64,000 nt of DNA, taken from NCBI GenBank assembly GCA_002269645.1, contig NIVC01002656.1, forward strand, positions 51,247 through 115,246, read 5' to 3'. Positions within the stretch are counted from its first letter, which is position 1, and every line of letters begins with the position of its first letter. The position numbers and the translations under genes were made by a program. Of this stretch, positions 26,687 through 49,392 are shown one piece after another. Source of the DNA: Macrostomum lignano (lineage: Eukaryota). The notes beneath the pieces were generated by a model. The model made no database searches. It had not been told where the DNA came from and worked only from the letters and a program-made list of their open reading frames with translations.

Positions 26687-27624
26687 TCAACTGAAGATCC
26701 CCGTAGGTAGCCAGCGCTTCACGTTGAGTGCATTCTCGGCGAGACCTTTGATGCTTTCCTTGAAGTCCGAATTGATCTTTTCGATTAGAAACTTCTTCTC
26801 AGATTCGATCAAGTGTGTGACGACCGGTTTCACTAGGAAGCGATAAAATATCGACATGTTTGTTATTCCCACCGTGATTGCCCCGATCTCCTCTACTTTC
26901 AGCTTTTGCATGTCCATTTTTCCTTCCTTGATGTTGAAAATGAGGCTCACTATGCCGTCGATATACTCTGTGGTGGCATTGAACGTGGGGTGATATACAT
27001 GGTTCCGAAGCGTCACGTCACTGTCGTACGAGACCACAACTGGGCCGATGCGAATGGAGAACGTAATCTACAATTAGTGAAGGTTAAGGAATACAGTAAG
27101 CAAGTGATTTGACTATTATTGCAATTGTTACGAACAGAAGGCCTAAAAGTGAAATGACCCACCTCGGCTTTTCCTTCTTGCATATCTAAGCCGACTTCGC
27201 CGTGTCTTCTAGCCGTTGACAAGCCTTTGCAGACGCCGTTTTTGAGCTCGGCCACGCCGGGATAGGTTTTGCAGCAGACTTGCTTTTCGAATTCAACGCT
27301 GCGCTCAGGCAGTTTCAGCGGGTCCAAGTTAGCCAGCTTCAGCTTGGGCCCCACCGACTTCAGTAGGTCGTCGGCTAGATCGTTGACCATGCCACGAATC
27401 TTGTTGGTTGGTATTAGTGACAAAATCGAGTTGAAGTTTCGCAACTGTTGTTCGATGCTCTGATTCTGCTGATTCTGCTGCTCAGTAGTGCTGCTGCTGC
27501 TGCTGCTTTTTCGCAGTTTTTTCTTTCGACTCATCTCTTTCGGAATGCTCTTCAGTTTAGTATCGCCTTCGATCGCATTCTCCTTCTTAGGATTGTCGTC
27601 CACCTGAAATCCCACTGTTTCCAT
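26687..27624 (-). CDS. Group 7 mite allergen-like (TULIP/Takeout superfamily) lipid-binding protein, 280 aa, 2 exons
   Basis: Exons 27624-27163 and 27067-26687 with a 95-bp phase-0 GT-AG intron. Motif LDPLKLPE...F...GVAELKNGVCKGLSTARRHG, followed by beta-strand patterns and a C-terminal helix. Confidence 0.7.
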
Positions 27625-28275
27625 GTCTGCTTGAGGCTTTTAGAACCGCTGCTTGATCTTGAACAACTTTCTTTGCTTGATGGCAGAGCAGCTCCATCTG
27701 TCTACACTCGCGTCCCACCTCCCACTCACTTTATTCCAGCGCGGACGCCAGGCCATAGACATTACTCGACGTTTTGTTACCGAAAAGTTTGGCTACAAAA
27801 GTTCGAGTAGTTAGGGGCTTGGATTTAGACGTTAGGGTCAAGATTTAGACGAGCCTAGTAAGCTCACCACTTTGCTTTACCCATCGTAAAATCTCTTGTG
27901 GAATGAAATCTTCCATTTGTGAATCGAATATTGTCAGATCAGCGGTATAGAAGCCTGAAGACAATTCCTATCTCGCTAATGCATTTCGCTGCAAAAACCG
28001 GTCTTTCATTTTCACGTGCAGCGTCCTTCAACTTCGGTTGCTCATGACTCGCATGAGCAAGAGACTGCATTCAGTAGCATTTCCAACTCTACTTCCAACA
28101 ATTGCTTCTTCATCAGCATATTTTGAGGCGAAAATTAGGTTTCGGGGCACACAACTCAGTGACGAACAAGTGAATGATAAACAAATCGACATACGAGTAC
28201 CTAATTCACGTCGAAATTCAACTGTTCGTTGACGTAGAAAGTTGCTTTTTAAAGATTAACCTTAAAGAAGCATTC

Positions 28276-28466
28276 CAAATAGGTAGCTGTGGGGTTACAA
28301 ATATGTAGCTGTGGAGTGACAAATAGGTAGCTGTGGAGTGACAAATAGGTAGCTGTGGAGTGACAAATAGGTAGCTGTGGAGTGACAAATAGGTAGCTGT
28401 GGAGTGACAAATAGGTAGCTGTGGAGTGACAAATAGGTAGCTGTGGAGTGACAAATAGGTAGCTAT
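28276..28466. repeat. 22-bp minisatellite (aaataggtagctgtggagtgac), about 9 copies
   Basis: Tandem copies read directly. Confidence 0.95.
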
Positions 28467-28539
28467 GGAGAAACATTTAATAGCAGCGTCCTTGCTTCAA
28501 AGCAACCCATTGAATAAAATTGCTGCAATCTGGAGGCAT

Positions 28540-29295
28540 CAGTTAGTTTTTGTAGTGAGGGCTGAGCTCAGAGCCGAAAATCAAGGTGACAATCAACCCG
28601 CAGCCAATCAACGCTCGAAAATTGGACTCAACAACTCAAAAGCACAACAGCTCAACTGGATAACTGGCCATCAATCAACCTGCCGCTCACTCTCGTGCAG
28701 CCGTTACCTCGACTCGCTGTAGGTAAATCGACGGCTACGATAATTTTCACTAGCTCCTCTCCCGAACACAAGGCATCTTCACCGGTTCTGAATAAACGTT
28801 CACCTCCGATTTAACGCCAACATCCTAAAATCAAAAAGATTCGTCTTCGAACCTAACTGACTAGAGCAACAAAATAATCAGCACCAAAATCCTGTTCTTG
28901 GTCAATCTTACAACGCTTGCAGAATGCCGCTCTGCGCATTGTCACCGAATGCCAGCTGCTCTCCAGTCGAGCACCTGCATGCGGAATGCCACCATCTGTG
29001 GCGATCTCTGCAACTTTCAACGAGTTATTGGTCTTTCCTTCGTGCTTTTCACACTATAATTCATTCTGCCATCATTTATAAACACAATGAGCTCTTCTTC
29101 AACCCTGTCCTGGGCTGGGAACCATCCCTCCCGATATGGACATCCACCGAGCAACTTTGCCGACGTCAAAGAATCACTCAGGCTCAGCTACGCTCGCAGG
29201 TCACTGCAAGCCTCTGGCGACCTTATGCGGCCAAGCTCGACCCTACAATCTCTTCTCTGTCTGGTTACACACACACATACGCACACACACACAAA
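28540..29295 (+). mobile_element. Degenerate non-LTR retrotransposon (LINE) 3' remnant ending in a (CA)n tract
   Basis: Frameshifted QRLQNAALRIVTEC / SPVEHLHAEC is typical of the region C-terminal to LINE RT. There are multiple stops, and a CA microsatellite at about 29266-29293. Confidence 0.55.
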
Positions 29296-30440
29296 GAAAA
29301 TTTCAAAAATCGTTGTTTTTTGCTTTCTTAAGCTTAATCGTTTTTTTCAAAAGTTACCTTTATCTAAATCAGAAGCACTCTGCCACCGCCATATTTAGAT
29401 GTGAAGGTAATCCGCTATACATTTTTTCCATAAAAAGACGGGTACGCTCGTACAAAGATCAAATAATAATACGCTGAAAGTAACTCCTAGTGGGCTACTC
29501 GCGCATGCGACTCTTCGTATAAGTATATTTTGTTAATTCATTGCCTTCTAAGCTCTTGAAAAAATATTTTCATGCAACATCGCGAACTTGCTTAAGAAAA
29601 GAAAACAATACAGCTTTGGCAGTTCTTTGTACAGCAAACGATTCCTTATAAGTTCTCCTAGGTCTAAGGATACAGAAGCAAAAAAAACAGGATAACGTGA
29701 GATTCTACTGCAGATTTTCCTACCTACGAGTATAAATTGAATAGAAGAAGCGGAATATACAGTCTACGGGCAAGCACAAAATCCTTACTTGAAGAAAGCA
29801 AGATTATAAGGAAACTGTTAAAGACATAAGTATATTGAACTGCGAAATCTACTAATCAAATTAATTGCTAGAAGGCAGTAAATGAAGAGGACGCTAACAA
29901 AAACGACATTGAAAAAGACGACTATATGCGATGTGATGGATAAGAAGAATCCCTTAAAATCTTTCAAAGTGCAACATGTGAGTTGCGCATCACAAAAGGC
30001 ATGCAGTAGCGTCCTAAACGGCTGTGATACATGCGACAAATATCGTTTCTTAAAATGCAAGCTCAGCGAATCGGGAAACCGGCATGAAAACTCAGGAATC
30101 AATGCTATAAGTACTCATTCGGCTAACTGTAGACTCCTTATCTTGTTTGCTCAGAAACTGTTTCTATTTTTATTCATGTTCGATAAATCCTTCAATGCAA
30201 GCATAAAATTGAAATGAAGCTACTTATAGTAGCCTGTCACAAACCTTTCACTATTTCATTAAAGGCTGAAGGTTCACGATTTGAGATCAAGATTTTGCGA
30301 CTAAACTGGTCTACCCTAACACTATTTTATATGCATCGGAATTCCTGACCTTTCAAGGCTTCGTACAGACTTTTTATTGTTGATTGAACCAACAACTGAT
30401 CGACGCATAACAAAATCACCAATCGCTCAGTAATTCCCTC

Positions 30441-31569
30441 TCACCTGACCCCGCAGCTGCGCATTTGAAACTTGAGCTCCCACTCGGGAAAGAGGCTCTG
30501 AAGTCTGTCAACGCACCAGCTCAGCCGCCGCCAGTCTGGCCCGCTGATGCTGACGATCGCCCCGCGACACCGCCGAGGCAGCTTCAGCGTCTCCAGAACC
30601 TCGGCCTGGCAGCTGAAGTGGCTGAGGACTTTCAACAGCCGGCGATCCTCCCTGGTCACGAGAGAGCTGAAAACGTCAGACGCGTCTGTCACGCGGAACA
30701 CCTGGCAGACTGGAGTCTGCTGCTCGACCGGCTGCCGGCTGTTCGAGTTGGACCGGCCGCGATGACTCGGCCCGTCGGCTGCGCGGTTTCGCGACCTCGG
30801 CTTCGGCACCGGCGGCGCTGTGAGGTTGTCTCTGAGCTGCGGCTGGCGCTGCTGCTCCCGCCACGGCGAGCTCGGCATCGAGCGGATCTCCAGCGAGGAG
30901 CTGCGAATCCGCGCGGTGTGACGAGACCGGCGCAGCGACGGCTGCTGCTGGCGGTGCTGCCGAGGCGACGGCGACGGGTCAGGAGGCGGAGCTGGCGTTG
31001 GCCGGGTCGCGGTCGGCTCGTCGAGCGTGGTCACGGCGTCGAACGAGGAGCTCACAAGGCTGCTCGAGTTGGCCTCGGCATCCGTCGCCACGTCGGGTGA
31101 GGCGGCCTGGTCGGCTGGGGGCGCCGCCGCCTCCGTGTTGGTGGTCGGAGGGAAAGCCAGGAGGGATGCCCGCGACAGCGAGACGAGCTTTGTTGCGAGA
31201 TGGCGTTGCGACCAGGGCGCCGGCGAGCGCGACCGTCTGAGAGGCGGCGGCGGCGTCGACGGGAGACTGGCGAGAAACCGCTGCAACATCTCTGAACTCT
31301 GGGGCTGCTGCGGCTCTTTCTGAGTCTGAGGCTGCTGAGCTGCCTTTTGAGGCTGCTGAGGTTCTCTCTCAGGCTGCTGAGCTTCATTCTGAGGCTGCTG
31401 CGGCTCCTTCTGCTGCAGATGTGCGCCTTGGAACTGGTGCTGCTGCCTTTGCAAGCGTCGCAAAGAATGATCAACGTCCTGAGAAGCCAGTAGAGGATTG
31501 CGGATCGGTGGCGGAGGCAGAAGGTACCGGCGATCGCGACTGCGACTGAGTTGCTGGTGTTGCTGCTGA

Positions 31570-31600
<31 letters not shown>

Positions 31601-31760
31601 GCTGTTGTTGCTGCTGCTGCTGCTGTTTTTGCTGCTTCTGCTGCTGAGCATGCATTTGCTGCTCCTCGACGTGCTGGCGCTGGTGCTGAAGCCTGGAGTA
31701 GCGAGCCCGCACGTGTTCGAGCTTCTGATAGTTGCTAGCCATGTTCGAATCCTCGTGCAT
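30441..31760 (-). CDS. Intronless polyQ/Pro-rich protein with a C-terminal KH-like domain, 439 aa
   Basis: ATG-to-TGA ORF with a CAA/CAG tract at about 31553-31640 and EPQQPQ repeats. The C-terminal about 85 aa has a beta-alpha-alpha-beta-beta-alpha hydrophobic pattern (CQVFRV..DVFSSLV-TRED-RRLLKVLSHF..QAEV..IVSISG..RLSWCVDRL). Confidence 0.7.
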
Positions 31761-32927
31761 AGGACGCTTGTTTTTAGAGCCGTTCTTCCTACTTTTATAT
31801 TTATGACAATGTGAGGAAAATAAAGGTGCCTAGGCTCTTCACAGAGCTGGAATCGATGTACTTTTAGGCCTAACGAGAGCAAGTTTCTCGCTCTGTTTAA
31901 GGCATTGAGCCATTCTTAAAAAATGGAATAAGACTGCTTTTGATAATACGAAAGCGCAGTGTCTGTGGGCTAAAGCTCTAGTATTAAAGAAGGCCTTACT
32001 TGTGGCTATTCGGAGTTTTAAAAATAGTTTTCCTTGTCGAAGCAATTTTGCAGGGATTCTATCATTTAGCGTTCGTGAGGCTACAAGATACAACTAAAAA
32101 CCACACTGCACATTTCACCAAGACCCTCGGATCCTGATTGAGCTCTTGGATTCCAACATGAGGGGTCATACGACATTTTTCTAGCTTACAAAAAGCCACC
32201 TCAACCCACTACTGGAATACATTGTCCGGGTACTGCTGCACAAGATAGCAATGCGAAACTGTTCAGCATAAATTGTTTATCTCTTTGAAGTTGATGCGTA
32301 TCGACATACAGCGCGAACACAAAAAGCATTTTATATTTTTCCGGAGCAAAGCTATAAAAAAGGCAAATACGAGCGTAATTTCAAACTAAATCCAAAGTAC
32401 TTTCAGACGCACCAGGTCTAAAAATGTGATTATAATTTTTATAGCTTTGTAATGACGAAGCATGACAGGAAGTGCCACACGGTCTGCTTGTTTTGCTAAA
32501 CCGGAAAGTATTACAGAGCAAATCATATTTTAGCTATGGTTACAACGGAGATGCAGAAGGTAATCGACGAAATCCGCACGATTCGCACAGCGACGAAATG
32601 CTTTCACTTTTCTGTCCTACCCCTTTCTCTCCATTTCGTGATCCGTTCAGCCCCTCCCCCCTCCTATACTTAGCGACTGCACGTTAGCGAAATCTAATGC
32701 AGCCTGCTACACAGTGTTTGGGCCTAACGAAGGAAATGCTGTCAGTACGTCACTTCAGGTGTACGAAGGCTTTCAACCCCTGCGACCCCCACCCACCGGC
32801 ATGCTGATAAGCCCCGGCAGTTTCGCCTGTGTGGTTCAAAATGTAAAAACTGGTCAACTGACATTCACTGTTGTTGAACTTCAGTTAAGCGTCAATGTAA
32901 TTTCTCGAGTTTGTGCAGTACCGCAGG

Positions 32928-43148
<10,221 letters not shown>

Positions 43149-44029
43149 CAGCAGATAGCTGTTAAACTAGCTGTCCATTCTATTTGCATCACTGTAGCAG
43201 ACTTAATTTTACCGGCATAGCATTATTTAGCATGTCGGAAGTCTAATCAGTCAATACATAACAAATAAATGGAACCTCATATTTATAAGATTTTTACACC
43301 TGACTAGCACTTTCTTGATGTTTCAGCTCGAAAAAAGGAATTGATTGTTATGCAGAACTTTTCCAATTTATCAATATTTTAATTTTTAAAAACATCCTAC
43401 TCCGTTGAAGTTTTTCTACAATAACTATATTTAAGATAACTGATATGCTTTCTTCAATATTGTGAAAGCTGTTATACTTATCAATATTTCCCAGTCTGTT
43501 CCTGTTTCAGCTTGTAGATAGATTATATCTATACTTCTGTTTAATCAAATGGCAGAAAAACAATTCCTATACAGTTTTATCAATTTTTTCTCTATTGTTA
43601 ACTCACTGTATTCCTGGTTGTGAGATAATAAATAAATCACAAGATTCTCTGTTTAGCGACAGTCTATTATACTTTCAGAAGCAGTTTTTTAAAACAAAAT
43701 CAACTATAAATTGACTGCGGTCAATGTGTACTTAATGTTTTTCCGCTGGACAAACAAAAATTGAGACAATATCAGTAAAAAAATGTTCAGAGATGCATTG
43801 GATAATAGCTCGTATTATTTGTTTATTTAAACTGCTGGTGGAATAGCATTGTGAAGCAAGTTTAGTGTATGGCTGCTGATTATAAATACTCAGCAAAAAC
43901 GTATAGTGCTAAATAGTTCGTACCCTCAAGCATAAGAATTTCTATTGCAAATACTGCAGAATTATTTATTATATAGTTTTTTTGCGTCACAAGTACCAAC
44001 TGTTCTTCAAACTCCGCTGCATCTGTCAA

Positions 44030-47000
44030 TCAGGCGCGCAGTCTTTCTCGCGAGAACAGGTGCGGCGACTCCTCGGTGAAGTAGGCCCTTTTGAACAGGT
44101 CCGACTCAGCTGCCGGACTGTCACCCAGGACCAGCTTGCCGCCGAAGCGCTGCTCAATCGAGCGCAGCCGGTCGGGCAGGCAGCGGGCCACCCAGGTCTG
44201 ACCGGGGAAGAATGCCGGCAGGTGGCTCTCTTGCGCTAGAAGCTGGTCAAAGCTCGGCTGGCCAGTGGTCAAACTTGGATCGATCGGATAGTTGAAGAAG
44301 GCGAATATTGGCTGCAGATTGTAGCCCGTGATGTTGGAGAACACTGCAGAGGCAGCCCTGGTGCGGTGCTGAGCCTGCAATGGCTCCCTGGCATAGTAGT
44401 AGAAGTACATACGTTGAGCGTCCGCCAGAACGTCAAGGCCGAAGTAATTTATGACAATTAGCGCCGGGAAAAGGTCAACCAAATCAGTGCCAGTAGTTGG
44501 TACTCGAGTCCAATCGAACGATGTGGCCGATTGGCACAGAGATCTGTCGTTCACTGGTATCTGATGGTTGTAGTACCGGTCCAACAGGAACGGAGAATTG
44601 GTCAGGTCCAGGTTGTGCAGATAGCGTCGGAGTACGACCAACAGGAAATCAGCGGCGACCTCGCGATTTTCGATGCCAAACATTAGCGACACCGGGGAGT
44701 AGTTGTGTCCAAGTTCGTGATAGAAAACGTCATGTGAGTTCTGAAAATTACGTCGATAAGGGTGATTATTGTGTTTGTTACTATACCCAAGCTAATGCTA
44801 ATGGTATATTCTTCTGCAGTCGGGATGCATGATATCGGTATAACACGCGAGCGCCGGTAGGCGCGAGTCGTGTTATTCCAATATCATGCATCCCGACTGC
44901 AGAAAAGTGCATTGACTAGTGTTTCCAAATAGGCTAGTTGTTTATGATCGAGAAAGACAACGCAGTCTCAGTAGAATCTGTCTAGTTCAATTTTGTTATG
45001 TCATTTATCTCTCTCCCTCGCTGCCTTCTGATTGGCTCTCAGTTCTCGCCTCTTTCCTCGGTTGCGGACTCCACCCCACCCCCTGTCTTATCTTACACCC
45101 CCTCCAGTATATTTGAATAAATATACCCGTTTAGGCCCTGCGCTTCGCTATCGTTTTTTTCCGAAGCCTCTCCAAGGCCAATCTTTAAAACCGTACCGTT
45201 TCTCCGAGAAGACCGCTCGAGGATATCGATTCCTTCAAGAATTTATGAAGAAACTTAGTGCGAGGGCCGGTCTAAGCAAGGTCTACACTAATCACTGTAT
45301 TAGGTAAGTAAATTTCGTTTTCCGATATGGTATATAAATAGTATATAAATAGTATATTTATAAATAATAGTTTTAACTAGTTCATGTAAAATTACTTTCC
45401 TTTGATTCTCCCACAGAGTCACTAGAGTGTGCGATCTAGACGCCGCTGGCCATTCGCTGCAAGACATAATGCTTATTACCGGTCAGAAATGTGAGAAGAC
45501 GGTCAAAAGGTATTTAACCAGGTGCCGGGACCGCAGTCTGTTCAGGAGTTCCAAGGCAGTGAACTGTGCACTAAGCCGGCATATTCCAAGCACAAGCACA
45601 ATGCCGTCCAATGAGGCGTCTTTCTCTGCTAATGCGAGCGGCTCTATCAGTTCTACTGTCTGCACGCAAGTGATGACGGATCACCAGTTGCAATGCCACC
45701 CCACAATCAATTGACGAGCCGGTTCCTCGGCCAGTTCATATCGAGGCCTGTACGTCCGACCAAGAATATGCGTGTTTGCATTGAGGGCAACAACAATTTT
45801 ATTAACACTGTGTTTGAGTAGGGCGTATCTATCAAAAATACTAATTCTTCGAGAGAAACTATGGCTTTAGACATTTCCCCCTCATTTTCATGCTATAAGT
45901 AGTTGTTGTTTATAATTTACAATTATAAACCGTATAAATAAAAAATTAATCATCTAATAATTAATATTTGGGTCATCTAAAAACTCGTTAAACTAATGTT
46001 TTTTTCTATGGACAATAGCACGCATCCCGCGTGCGTGTTAATGGGTAGCGAAATGCTTGTCAATGGTAATTGTCTTGATAAAGGATAAGTGTTGTGCGCC
46101 CATCCACGGGAGCGGAACAAAGCTAACAATCTAGAGCCGATTGCCGTGTGGGGTACTTGTTACCGTAGAGTTTAGAAGCGAGCCAACTACCAAACACTGG
46201 ACATCGATTGGATTTCAGTTATCATTTCAACTACATGTATGGTTCAACTGTACGAACGTAAATTTACAGCAGGGCAAGGTGCGAGGTGGATTGATCAGGG
46301 TACGTACGTTAGAATAAGCTCGAGGGTGGGGCGGGCACAAGAGAAAAGGGGCACGAGGGCATAATATCAGTAAAACAAACAATGATAATGACATAATTCA
46401 CTTTTGAGGAGCAGTTCGTCCAACGCATTAGCTGACCCTAAGAATTATTAGCTAAAATTTGGCTAGAAAGCGTTGAATTCAGGGCATGCATCAAACCAAG
46501 CATCGAACACTTACTGGCACCCTGTCTGCTTCAAGAGCAGCTCCGTCAAGTAAACTGCCGAAAGGTGAGTCAGTGTTATGACGATCGCTTGGCATGTCGA
46601 CGTAGATGTAGAGCGGATTGCCGCTGTAGCCGCGGCACCTGACGTTCAAACACTGCAGATCCGTGTCCGAGTGCACCCGCTGCTGGCCCTGCAGCCGCCA
46701 GTGCCTGTAGTTCGGCCCACCGATCAGCACAGACAGACGAGCCGTCCGTTCAATAAATCGCATAGCAATCAGCGTATTGCCGTCAACGCGAGAAAAGCCG
46801 CTGCGTGGGGCGCCCAAAATGGCGAAACCGCTGCGAAATTCGCCCCATGGCGCAGGGCTGACCGCCGGGGACGATGCGTCAGCCAAATGCTGGCGTGGCG
46901 AAGCCGCTGCCAGTTTAAAGTCAACATAAGGCGCTTGAACTACATTGCGAAATTCGAGCTCAATACTGATGCCCTCGGTGTCGTAGTTCGTCACTCGGCT

Positions 47001-49392
47001 CGGCAGGCCATACAGCACATGAATTAGGCCTCCAAAAGGGGAAAAGAGCTCCACTTCATGGGTTGATTCCTCAGACAATGGGTAAGTCTGCGCCATATCT
47101 AGCCAGGGTCGGGCTTGGCAACTGCGCTCACCATACCAGCCAAGACCAGCCATGACATCAAGGTTGTGACCTACAGTTAGTTGAAGGCTGCTGCCAGATG
47201 GTCGAGCGGAAACAACTTTAACTCGAGCCTTAGTCAGGGCAGGCAAGTAAACTCCGGTGCTGAGAAGATCTCGTCGAGCACCTCTCGCCGCGTCGCCGTA
47301 AGCCAAACCGGCCTCTGTCAGACGCGAATTCCACGAAAGAGATTGCTCAGGTGGTGCGGCCGATTTGCCAACACGAACACGGTAGTTGCCTATTCGAGCA
47401 GCCAGATTTCTCACGGGTCCTGGGTGCACGCCAGCCGTATCGTACTGAGTCAGGCACGCAGGCGATTTCGTCAGAAAATTAAGCAGCTGATTAATGAAGC
47501 CAAAATGGTTGAGCTTGTTAAAGCATGGCCTTCCACTAGCCAAAGCTGCTCCGCACGTGTTGTCCTGACAGGCTTGATGAAAGGTGCACGGTGCGAACGA
47601 TACAATATCTTTGTTGTTGCACAAAGCCCGGCCCAGCAGAGCCTGAAAGTTCTCCGCTTCGACTCCGGTTTTCAGTCGGACGTCGTCTCTACAGTTGCGC
47701 GTAAGAATTTTCTTGTCTCGAATAAAAGTTGGGTTACGATCCCAGTGAAGCTCATTTTTAGCCATGTCAGTGAGAATGACGCGCAGCGACTTATAAACTC
47801 GGAGTAAACGATTGGCAATACGGTTGCTTAACGTCAGTTGTCGATCAGTTTCGGCCACTTCAGCCTTGGTAAAGTGCATACCGTGAGAATCCAGAAAACG
47901 CTCCACAACTGGCCAGCGAGTTCCTTCGCCAAAGAAAATCAAAACGCCGCGTCCTTGCAACAGCTTCTGGGTCAAATGAGTGACGACAGATTCAATGTCG
48001 TCGGCTGCGGATGATGATTCGTGATAATTCGGCACCCGCCACACGAAGACCTGCTTCGAAGCATCGATTGTCGAGCCCGTGACGTGATCAACAGTTACAG
48101 TGGATGAGGAATCCGCTCCAGCGAGCCAGGCAATTGAACCCGACAGCAGGTCCTCGTTGCGGGTGTCATAGTGCTGCGTGGTGGACAAGGCAAGCAGTCG
48201 ACCGCTTCCGTTTGCGGTTGGCAGACGGACGCCAGCCATGAAGACATTCTGGTGACACGGCGGTTCGTCCGTTGGTTTCGGCAGGTTTGCCATTAGCACA
48301 GGGAAAGCATCGGGGCCCGACAGCTCGAAAAAAGTGCCGGAGTTGCTCAACGAGATGGATGGCAGGTTTTTCAAGATGGTTCCTGCATCTTGCTGCCACT
48401 GTGGGATTGCATCAAAAAGATTTTAGCATAAAAACCCATCCGCAAGTCAGTACCCACCATTACTTAGGCTAGTTTGAAATTCGAAAATGAAATGCTCTCG
48501 AAAAAATCTTACATCGGGTGCCACCCATGACCTCGGGTACTCCGGAGTACCAACAGTGACCGACTTGACTAGGAACGGTGACCTGACCAGCAGATAGCTG
48601 ATAAGCTCTCTGGGACAGCTCAGCAGCATTCTGTTCCCTTCGGTGTTTGCGTGCTGGCACTGCACCCTGGTGTTGGCGTCCTTGTCGCATTTCTGACTGG
48701 CTCGCACGACAAACAGAGTTACGAATGACACGGCTAGAAGTTGACGAAATTGTAATGTTGAATACAGGAAAAACCCGCTTTTCTAGTTTAAAATATGGAA
48801 AATAAGAATCACTTTTTCAACTTTTGTATGTAGACGCAACGGCTGTGCTTAATTTCATTTTCTATTCAACCGCCATGTAGGTAACATGTAGTGAAATTTA
48901 GCACTTTTCAAGCAACTCCAGCTTCGTGTCATATTCAAAACTCACCATCGTCAATTGCATAGGCTGTTCCATCTGCAACGAAGAATAACAGTGCGTACAG
49001 CGTGAAAGTAGATTTCTAGGAGAAAAAATTGGCTAAAAATTTAGACTTACTGGAGCACCGACCGTCGCACTTTGTAGGGCTCAGGTCGAGACAGAGCTCC
49101 CGCTCAACGGGATCCTCAAATGCTGGCGACGTCTGGCACACTGCATTGTTTCAGTTATTTAATCTACTGGTGGTAGACAAAGTACCTTAAAGCCAATATT
49201 TAAAGCATCCATCCTCCAGTCTTACCAAAGCTATCAAACTCAATTGTTACTTGGGTAGCAACCATAGCTAGGGGTAGCTCGACAGCGATGCCGGCTCCAT
49301 TTTTGAAGCTACTCAGTTGGTTACCTTCGTAAGTGACGAAGGTTTCGGCGGCTGTCATCCCAGTCAGAGTGAAGGCAAAAATCACTGCAAGC
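44030..49392 (-). CDS. TCAF/FAM115-like peptidase M60-like metalloprotease with N-terminal extension and probable signal peptide (about 1,020 aa; first exon not located)
   Basis: Phase-consistent exons 49392-49226, 49140-49051, 48733-48513, 48398-46515, 44740-44030. TCAF-like motifs AFPVLM...GRLLAL...WL, LSTGVY, FGGLIHV, APY, PWGE and QRVHSD. Intact HELGH-x14-E (FYHELGHNYSPVSLMFGIENREVAAD). Confidence 0.85.
44800..46068 (+). mobile_element. Crypton-type tyrosine-recombinase DNA transposon (truncated YR gene with an intron), nested antisense in an M60-gene intron
   Basis: Spliced frame FMKKLSARAGLSKVYTNHCIR|VTRVCDLDAAGHSLQDIMLITGQKCEKTVKRY across GT-AG intron 45304-45416 matches the Crypton/DUF3504 YR motifs NHxxR..TGH..Y. 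Direct repeat aatggta at 44800-44806 and 46062-46068, with subterminal hairpins. Boundaries are inferred. Confidence 0.8.

Noticed and set aside
29882-30217. Cys-containing 111-aa ORF
   Set aside because: No splice context or family motif; AT-rich and likely spurious.
30465-31882. ORFs 30465..31100(+), 31052..31882(-) and 31551..31814(+)
   Set aside because: Shadows or alternative frames of the GC-rich polyQ gene.
46578-47807. Plus-strand ORFs of 149 and 208 aa
   Set aside because: Antisense to the large M60-gene exon.
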